The notes below the pieces were generated by a model. The model was not told the DNA's origin. It did not search any database and saw nothing but the letters and a program-made list of their open reading frames with translations. Positions 25,981 to 32,000 of a stretch of DNA of 32,000 bases are shown piece by piece (the stretch's first letter is position 1; the number at the start of each line of letters is the position of its first letter). Origin of the DNA: Candidatus Methanoperedens nitratireducens (GTDB lineage: Archaea; Halobacteriota; Methanosarcinia; Methanosarcinales; Methanoperedenaceae). The stretch lies in assembly GCF_900196725.1 (NCBI RefSeq), contig NZ_FZMP01000219.1, positions 1 through 32,000 of the forward strand, written 5' to 3'. The translations under genes and the position numbers were made by a program.

Positions 25981-26943
25981 TCAACAGCCGGAGGCATCAG
26001 CCCTCAGTTCCTCCATGACCCTTAATACCGAATCAACGTCAGTCATCCTGTTTATCTTCACTCGCACGGGTTTTACATTTTTCATGCCTTTTGTGAACCA
26101 CTGGGCTTTTACGACTATATCCCTGAACCCCAGCAGTCCATATTTACGGCACAGCCCCGCATATTCAAAAAAATCATCCAGCCGTTCACCCGGCGTCTGG
26201 GGAGGCAATAATTCCCCTGTATCCAGATAATGTCCAAGCCTCCTGAAAATATGCGGATTGCCCATCGCAGCCCTGCCTATCATAAGCCCGTCGCACTGTG
26301 TATATTCAAGCACGTACTTCGCGGTTTTTTCATCCTTGATATCTCCGTTGGCAATCACTGGAATGGATAGCTCTCTCTTGATATTCTTAATAAATTCATA
26401 GCTGGACTTTCCGGAATACTGCTGCTTCTGGGTTCGTCCGTGAACGATAAGCGCATCAGCGCCTGCTTTTTCAATCAACCGCGCGAGTTCCAGCGTTTCC
26501 TCCAGGCTATTCAGGATTCTCATTTTTGCGGTGACAGGGACTTCAAGAGAACCGGAAAGCGCCTCTACTATTTCCACGACTGTTCCCGGCTTCTTTAAAA
26601 GCGCTGCACCGCACTCGTTTTTGATCACGCTCTGGGCCGGGCAGCCAAGGTTTATATCTATGAGCTCAGGTCTGAATATTTTAGTTACGATACGAGCCGA
26701 ACGTACTATCGAATCCGCTTTTGCGCCCAACAACTGGATTCCCAGGGGCCTCTCTTCGTCGCATGTGAAACCTCTTGCTATGCTCGTTTCGTTTTGCCGC
26801 AGGATAGCTTCAGAGAAGGTCATCTCAGAATAAACAAGCGCCACCCCGTATTTCTTGCACAGCAGCCTGAATGGCAGGTTTGTCACAAGGGACATGGGGG
26901 CAAGAATAAGAGTTCCATTTAGCATTAATTTTCCAATATTCAT
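25981..26943 (-). CDS. tRNA-dihydrouridine synthase (Dus) family flavoenzyme
   Basis: LAPMSLVTNLPFR, DINLGCP, VTAKMR, HGRTQKQQYSG, VIANGDI, MIGRAAMGNPHIF. Confidence 0.85.
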   Translation of the reverse strand: MNIGKLMLNGTLILAPMSLVTNLPFRLLCKKYGVALVYSEMTFSEAILRQNETSIARGFTCDEERPLGIQLLGAKADSIVRSARIVTKIFRPELIDINLGCPAQSVIKNECGAALLKKPGTVVEIVEALSGSLEVPVTAKMRILNSLEETLELARLIEKAGADALIVHGRTQKQQYSGKSSYEFIKNIKRELSIPVIANGDIKDEKTAKYVLEYTQCDGLMIGRAAMGNPHIFRRLGHYLDTGELLPPQTPGERLDDFFEYAGLCRKYGLLGFRDIVVKAQWFTKGMKNVKPVRVKINRMTDVDSVLRVMEELRADASGC

Positions 26944-27050
26944 ACATTTTCCGTAAGTAAACTTCTGGTTTTAAATCTTTACCGTACCATGAATCTAGCT
27001 CCTGAAAGAAAGAGAGAAGCAAAAATTAAAATAACATTGAGAATTGATAT

Positions 27051-27332
27051 ATGGATACAATGGAAAAAATTGCAGGAATTATAGAGAGAATGCTATTACC
27101 CAGACTGAGTGAGCTTAGTGGAAAAATGGACAGTATGAACGCAAGGATAGACTCCCTTGAATCTAACATGAATACTAAATTTGAGAGTGTGAACACTCAG
27201 TTCAAAGGAGTTGACATTAAAATCCAGAGCTTAGATGACAAAATCACAAGCCTGCGAAATGAAACAATGACAAGATTCGATTCTCTGGATGAGAAGCTAT
27301 CAGTACTTGAAAAGAAGTTGGCAACAGCCTGA
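27051..27332 (+). CDS. Small coiled-coil protein, function unknown
   Basis: 93 aa with a near-continuous heptad pattern and recurring (I/F)DSL-type units (MDSM, IDSL, IQSL, ITSL, FDSL). Confidence 0.5.
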   Translation: MDTMEKIAGIIERMLLPRLSELSGKMDSMNARIDSLESNMNTKFESVNTQFKGVDIKIQSLDDKITSLRNETMTRFDSLDEKLSVLEKKLATA

Positions 27333-27485
27333 TAATGAGAAAGGTAGGTAAAAGGCGGGTAAAGTAACTACCGCCGATTCCACCCACAATCTAAGTTCTT
27401 TTAAAAAATCATGATTTGATACAGATTTATATGAGCCTAATTATTTTATTGGGTTACCCGAAAACTATATAGGTACACAAAATCT

Positions 27486-27504
27486 TATGGTTAGGCATAC
27501 CTAA
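27486..27504. promoter_or_regulatory. DtxR/IdeR-type iron box upstream of the FTR1-dtxR-feoB operon
   Basis: TATGGTTAGGCATACCTAA matches the 19-bp degenerate consensus TWAGGTWAGSCTWACCTWA at 17 of 19 positions by my alignment. It lies between a TATA-like CTATATAGG (~27465-27475) and the FTR1 ATG (27522). Confidence 0.55.
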
Positions 27505-27521
27505 TCAAAGAAGGGGAAAAC

Positions 27522-28388
27522 ATGTTAGCAAGCTTTTTAATAACATTCAGGGAAGCTCTTGAAGCAGCCCTGATAATTGGAATAATCGCAGCCTATCTGG
27601 CTAAGATAGGGCGCAAAGACCTGTACCGCTACCTCTATATTGGAATCATCGGTGCATTGTTCGCAAGTACGGGTGTGGCTCTCGCGTTTAAGTTGATATA
27701 TGGCGAGCTTGAGGGCACGGCAGAAGAACTGTTCGAAGGTATCGCTGCTCTTACCGCCTCTGCCGTCCTCACGTACATGATTTTCTGGATGGCATCGAAC
27801 TCAAAGAAGATAAAAGGGGATCTCCAGGAAAAGATCGATGTTTCCATATCAGAAGGTCAGATGCTGGGGATTGCAGCACTTTCGTTTATATCCGTGTTCA
27901 GGGAAGGGGTGGAAACCGTACTTTTCCTTGGTACGCTGGCGATAACCTCTCCGCTGGACACGCTGCTCGGTTTTATACTTGGGGTCGCTACCGTGGTGTT
28001 ACTATCGTTCGCTATGTTCAAAGGGATACACCGCCTCGATGTGGGCAGGTTCTTCAAATACACAAGTATATTATTGGTACTGTTCTCAGCCGGTTTAATA
28101 GCAACAGGCGTACATGAACTCAACGAAGCTGGCATCATACCTCCGGTAGTTGAGCATGTATGGGACCTGAACCCGCCGGTTAATACCGATGGCACATATC
28201 CTGCGCTTCATGAGAATGGCATTATCGGCAGCAGCTTGAAATCCCTTGCAGGCTACAATGCCAACCCCTCGCTGACCGAGGTCATCGCCTATATCGGTTA
28301 CTGGCTGGTTATAGGATTATTCGTATACAGGACTTACAGAGTAACAGCGGCATCAAAAGTCGGGGAGGTGAAATCTTATGGAAGCTGA
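27522..28388 (+). CDS. FTR1/EfeU-family high-affinity iron permease
   Basis: 288 aa, polytopic. It has the two REXXE motifs of the family (FREALEAA and FREGVETV). Confidence 0.85.
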   Translation: MLASFLITFREALEAALIIGIIAAYLAKIGRKDLYRYLYIGIIGALFASTGVALAFKLIYGELEGTAEELFEGIAALTASAVLTYMIFWMASNSKKIKGDLQEKIDVSISEGQMLGIAALSFISVFREGVETVLFLGTLAITSPLDTLLGFILGVATVVLLSFAMFKGIHRLDVGRFFKYTSILLVLFSAGLIATGVHELNEAGIIPPVVEHVWDLNPPVNTDGTYPALHENGIIGSSLKSLAGYNANPSLTEVIAYIGYWLVIGLFVYRTYRVTAASKVGEVKSYGS

Positions 28389-29028
28389 TACCCCAAGAAC
28401 TGAAGAGTATCTTGAATCAATTTATAAACTCCAGCAGGAGCATCGACCTGTAAGTACATCCAGCCTCGCGGAGCACTTGAAACTCTCTGCCCCGTCTGTT
28501 TCCGAAATGGTAAAAAAACTTGAGGGTAAAGGTCTGCTTTCGCATACGGAAAAAGGGGTATGCCTGACAGAAGAAGGCAAATCCCTGGCTAAAAAGGTCA
28601 TAAGAAGGCACCGCCTTTCCGAGCGCCTGCTTACCGATATCCTGGGCTTCAAATGGGACGAGGTGCATGAAGAGGCGTGCAGGCTTGAGCACGCGATAAG
28701 CCCGGAGATGGAAGATCGCATCGCAGAAAGCCTCGGGAACCCCATGACCTGTCCTCACGGGCATCCCATCCCGGATAAAGATGGCGTACTGGTCAAAGAA
28801 AGGGTAAGGCCGCTTTCAGAATTAAAAGCCTCAGGCAAGGGGATCATCGTGAATGTGTTCGAAGAAGACCCCGGTATGCTTAAGTATCTCGCATCCCTCG
28901 GATTGATCCCAGGGGTTTGCGTGAGAGTGGAAGAAGTGGCGCCCTTCGGAGGGCCGCTCATCGTATGTGTTTCCGGCTCGCGATATGCTCTTGGAAGGGA
29001 GGTCGCCTCGAAGATAAAGATAAAATGA
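28378..29028 (+). CDS. DtxR/IdeR/MntR-family metal-dependent repressor with C-terminal FeoA/SH3-like domain
   Basis: N-terminal wHTH (TEEYLESIYKL...STSSLAEHLKLSAPSVSEMVKKLEGKGLL). Metal-site region (RRHRLSERLL...EACRLEHAIS...CPHGHPIP). C-terminal FeoA-like segment (MLKYLASLGLIPGVCVRVEEVAPFGGPLIV). It overlaps FTR1 by 11 nt and feoB by 4 nt. Confidence 0.85.
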   Translation: MEADTPRTEEYLESIYKLQQEHRPVSTSSLAEHLKLSAPSVSEMVKKLEGKGLLSHTEKGVCLTEEGKSLAKKVIRRHRLSERLLTDILGFKWDEVHEEACRLEHAISPEMEDRIAESLGNPMTCPHGHPIPDKDGVLVKERVRPLSELKASGKGIIVNVFEEDPGMLKYLASLGLIPGVCVRVEEVAPFGGPLIVCVSGSRYALGREVASKIKIK

Positions 29029-31031
29029 CGTTTTCATGCCACGGGGCTCTCAAGGATATAAAGGGAAATACTGATTTCACCTTCGTACTTGCAGGCAATC
29101 CTAACGTGGGGAAGTCCAGTATATTCAACCGGCTGACCGGTATGGGTGTTGTAACAGCCAATTATCCCGGCAAAACGGTTGAACTGAATATGGCGACAAC
29201 TACTTTTAAAGACCTGCGGATAGGCATAATCGACCTGCCTGGGAGTTATGCGCTCGGTGCAGTATCAGAAGACCAGTGGGTTGCACGAAGGGCTGTGCTT
29301 GATAGCAACCCTGATGCTGCAATAATGATCCTTGACGCCACCAACCTTGCAAGGAACCTGTACATGACGCTACAGTTCATAGACCTGCGCATCCCTCTTG
29401 TTGTTGCTCTTAACCTGATAGACGAGGCAGAGAAAAGGAATATTATAATCGATGCACCGGAACTATCAAGGCTTCTCGGCGTCCCTGTGGTGCCGACCAT
29501 CGCCACAACAGGTCAGGGTCTTGATGAACTGATACAAAAGGCTATAGATGTTGCAGGAAATAAATCTGAAATCAGATACAACCTGAAATATGGAATTGAT
29601 ATTGAAACGGATATAAAGAAAGTCGAAGAGATGCTTTCGCCGTATGATTTCGGAATTAACCCCAGGGCACTGGCAATACTTCTGCTTGAAGAAGATACCG
29701 AGTTCATAGAACTTGTAAATAAAAAAACAAATGGCAGCTCCATTCTTGCAGAAGTAAAAAAGATAAGCAGGGATATAGAGAAAAAACACGGTGAGAAAAC
29801 GCCGATGCGCATCGCCCGTGAAAGGCACGGACTTGCCGGCAGCATTGCCTCGCAGGTGCAGAGCGATGCGGCACCGGTAACATCCGATAAGCTCTGGGAC
29901 TATACAACTTCGCCACTGACAGGCATTCCTTTGCTTATCGGCGTCCTTGGTGTTATTTTCGCTTTCCTGTTCTATGGCGGGAACATCCTCTCAACAGCAT
30001 TCAGCGACCTCTGGGCATCCTACATATCGCCGCTGATCGACGGGGCGATATTCTATTTTTTCGGCACAGGACATATCGGCAAAACGCTGGTGTGGGGTTT
30101 TGATGCCGGAATACTGGCAGCGCTTGCTGTCGGTATCCCGTACGTGCTGACCTTCTACTTCATGCTGGCTTTTCTTGAGGATTCAGGATACCTGAACTCT
30201 GTGGCGTTCCTGACAGACAGGCTGATGCACAAGTTCGGGCTTCACGGGCGCGCTATCATCCCGCTCGTGGCGGGCGCAGGATGCAATGTGCCCGCGATTA
30301 TCGGTACGCGGGTCCTTACGACAATGCGCGAGCGGACAATAGCCAGTACGCTGATAACGCTCATACCATGCAGCGCACGCACTGCTGTTATCCTGGGCGC
30401 AGTCTCTTTGTTCGTCGGCTGGAAACCTGCTGTCGCAATTTACATAATCGTGCTGGCTCTTGTATTCCTGGTTGGCATCGGGCTGAACCACGTCATGCCG
30501 GGCACCTCTACAGGGCTTGTTATGGAGATGTTCCCGTTCAGGGCACCCCTCATGTCGAATATCATAAAGAAGACCTGGTACAGGTTCAAGGATTTCGTGT
30601 TCGTGGCTTTCCCGATTGTGCTTATAGGTTCTCTCGTTCTGGGCGCCCTGTACGAAACAGGCTACCTGTGGAAGCTCTCCTCGCCTCTTTCACCAGTGGT
30701 TGAAGGTTGGCTTGGGCTTCCCGCAGTCGCTGGGCTTACGCTTATATTCGCGGTGCTCCGGAAAGAGCTGGCGCTCCAGTTACTTGTGACGCTTGCGATA
30801 GTGGCTTATGGGGGCGGTGCAGAGAACCTGCTGCTGTTCATGACACCTGCGCAGTTGTTCGTCTACGCACTTGTGAACACTATATACATCCCGTGTGTGG
30901 CTACCATAGCAGTGCTTGGCAGGGAGCTTGGATGGAAGCGCGCGGGCGGCATCATGGCATTCACCATCACTCTTGCGATAATCGTCGGCGGGATTGCTTA
31001 CAGGGTTATAGGATACTTCGGGTTACTATGA
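29025..31031 (+). CDS. feoB: Ferrous iron transporter FeoB
   Basis: From the ATG at 29025 (ATGA overlap with the dtxR stop). G-domain motifs GNPNVGKSS, DLPG and NLID, followed by a polytopic membrane domain. The track ORF's earlier start (28917) lies inside dtxR. Confidence 0.9.
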   Translation: MTFSCHGALKDIKGNTDFTFVLAGNPNVGKSSIFNRLTGMGVVTANYPGKTVELNMATTTFKDLRIGIIDLPGSYALGAVSEDQWVARRAVLDSNPDAAIMILDATNLARNLYMTLQFIDLRIPLVVALNLIDEAEKRNIIIDAPELSRLLGVPVVPTIATTGQGLDELIQKAIDVAGNKSEIRYNLKYGIDIETDIKKVEEMLSPYDFGINPRALAILLLEEDTEFIELVNKKTNGSSILAEVKKISRDIEKKHGEKTPMRIARERHGLAGSIASQVQSDAAPVTSDKLWDYTTSPLTGIPLLIGVLGVIFAFLFYGGNILSTAFSDLWASYISPLIDGAIFYFFGTGHIGKTLVWGFDAGILAALAVGIPYVLTFYFMLAFLEDSGYLNSVAFLTDRLMHKFGLHGRAIIPLVAGAGCNVPAIIGTRVLTTMRERTIASTLITLIPCSARTAVILGAVSLFVGWKPAVAIYIIVLALVFLVGIGLNHVMPGTSTGLVMEMFPFRAPLMSNIIKKTWYRFKDFVFVAFPIVLIGSLVLGALYETGYLWKLSSPLSPVVEGWLGLPAVAGLTLIFAVLRKELALQLLVTLAIVAYGGGAENLLLFMTPAQLFVYALVNTIYIPCVATIAVLGRELGWKRAGGIMAFTITLAIIVGGIAYRVIGYFGLL

Positions 31032-31132
31032 TGACACAATGTCCTCTCTGCGGAGCAAGGTTTGATACAAAAGATGCGGATATGAGTTTCCCAGCACTGT
31101 TAAAAAGCCGTAAAGTATATATCGTCAGTTGA
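31028..31132 (+). CDS. Possible 34-aa CxxC micro-ORF translationally coupled to feoB
   Basis: MMTQCPLCGARFDTKDADMSFPALLKSRKVYIVS. Its ATG overlaps the feoB stop (CTATGATG). It is the 3' part of the otherwise spurious track ORF 30707..31132. There is no family recognition. Confidence 0.25.
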   Translation: MMTQCPLCGARFDTKDADMSFPALLKSRKVYIVS

Positions 31133-31146
31133 CGTAGCCATGGATA

Positions 31147-31213
31147 GGCAAAAGCCGTCATATAGTTTCCTCCTATATCCCGTCAACGATACTATTCTTT
31201 TCCGGCTTTTGCC
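31147..31213. other. Nested inverted-repeat element between the feoB operon and adk
   Basis: Perfect 11-bp arms GGCAAAAGCCG (31147-31157) and CGGCTTTTGCC (31203-31213). They enclose an inner hairpin ATATAG (31160-31165) / CTATAT (31173-31178) with a 7-nt loop. Confidence 0.4.
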
Positions 31214-31282
31214 ACATCCTAAATAACCGGAAATTTTGAATAAGCTTTAATATACACTTCACCATTACGGGATGGATTTAAG

Positions 31283-31933
31283 ATGAATATCATTTTACTC
31301 GGCCCCCCGGGGGCCGGAAAAGGCACGCAGGCTAAGAAAATCGCGGAGCATTATTCACTGCCCCATATATCTACAGGCGATATACTGCGCGAGAATATAA
31401 GTAACAATACATCTCTCGGTGTAAAGGCCAAATCCTATATGGCAAAAGGAGAACTTGTCCCGGATGAGCTTTTAATAACTATCATAAGAGACAGGCTTTC
31501 AAAACCCGATTGTTCAAAAGGGTTCCTGCTGGATGGGTACCCCAGGACAGTACCGCAGGCAGATGCACTCCAGATGATCCTTACAGAATCAAATAAAAAA
31601 CTGGATATAGTGCTGAATATCGACGTTGATGACGAGGAATTGATCAAACGCCTGTCCGGACGCAGGGTTTGTGCATCATGCGGCATGAGCTATCACATGA
31701 TATTCAATCCTCCTAAGGAGGATGAGATATGCGACAAATGCAAAGGGAAATTATACCAGCGCGAGGATGATAAGCCTGAGGCGATAAGGAACAGGTTGAT
31801 GGTGTATAAGAAACAAACACAGCCCCTTATAGAGTATTATACCAGAAAAGGCCTTCTTAGGATGGTAGACGGAGGAAAGGACATCCCGGAGATATTTGAA
31901 GATATTAAAAAAATACTGGAGAATTATGATTAA
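31283..31933 (+). CDS. adk: Adenylate kinase, long-lid zinc-binding (bacterial-type) form
   Basis: P-loop GPPGAGKGT, GDILR, LLDGYPRT, and the lid cysteines CASCG...CDKCKG. Confidence 0.9.
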   Translation: MNIILLGPPGAGKGTQAKKIAEHYSLPHISTGDILRENISNNTSLGVKAKSYMAKGELVPDELLITIIRDRLSKPDCSKGFLLDGYPRTVPQADALQMILTESNKKLDIVLNIDVDDEELIKRLSGRRVCASCGMSYHMIFNPPKEDEICDKCKGKLYQREDDKPEAIRNRLMVYKKQTQPLIEYYTRKGLLRMVDGGKDIPEIFEDIKKILENYD

Positions 31934-32000
31934 AAAAGCTTTAAGCAAAATAGTATTGTACTTCGGGGTATTCCTCCTGCTCAGTATCATGCTATTCCCC
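31926..32000 (+). CDS. 5' end of a membrane protein gene (partial, runs off the window)
   Basis: The ATG at 31926 overlaps the adk stop. It reads MIKKALSKIVLYFGVFLLLSIMLFP, a hydrophobic N-terminus. In archaea adk is often followed by a DUF106/YidC-like membrane protein, but 25 codons cannot confirm that here. Confidence 0.3.
   Translation, partial: MIKKALSKIVLYFGVFLLLSIMLFP

Noticed and set aside
27051-27332. Apparent 11-residue periodicity of (I/F)DSL units in the coiled-coil protein, suggesting hendecad repeats.
   Set aside because: Spacing of the hydrophobic positions is mostly the 3-4 alternation of an ordinary heptad coiled coil, with one stutter. Nothing unusual can be supported.
31028-31100. 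ATGATGA, resembling a C box of a C/D-box sRNA.
   Set aside because: No CUGA D or D' boxes lie at an appropriate distance and there is no terminal stem. The sequence is better explained by the feoB stop and the micro-ORF start.

Overview
Archaeal chromosomal window. The markers are an Sm-like protein with L37e, pyruvoyl arginine decarboxylase, archaeal SepF, ZPR1, a ThiD-ThiN fusion and two PGF-CTERM sorting signals. Gene content and composition look Methanosarcinales / ANME-2d-like, but that is inference only.

The first ~12.7 kb is accessory. It starts with a partial IS630-family element abutting a decayed BrnT/BrnA-like toxin-antitoxin pair. A complete minus-strand CRISPR-Cas locus follows, in the order cas6, standalone HD nuclease, Cas10d/Cas8-like large subunit, csc2-like cas7, csc1-like cas5, cas3' helicase, cas4, cas1, cas2, leader, and a 2-repeat/1-spacer array. 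A CARF-wHTH csa3 regulator is transcribed divergently from cas6.

I read the locus as type I-D-like with five unusual features:
- The HD nuclease is a separate gene rather than fused to the large subunit.
- The genes are in I-B-like order.
- The cas3' helicase is split exactly at an A-AAA-AAG heptamer, where one extra A or a -1 slip restores a ~613-aa protein.
- The effector genes are visibly more AT-rich than cas6, cas4 and cas1.
- The array holds only one spacer.

The remainder is mostly housekeeping: PUA protein, Sm/L37e, purF, a GTPase-DUF2073-Zn-ribbon triad, pdaD, a SAM methyltransferase, thiDN, aldehyde:ferredoxin oxidoreductase, a Dus-family enzyme and adk. Local points of interest there:
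- A monoheme c-type cytochrome with a Thr/Pro-rich stalk and a PGF-CTERM anchor.
- A PQQ-like beta-propeller that also carries PGF-CTERM.
- An FTR1-DtxR-FeoB operon preceded by a near-consensus DtxR/IdeR iron box.
- A frameshifted HEPN remnant.
- Two structured intergenic repeat elements.

All family calls rest on motif recognition by eye. No database search was run.
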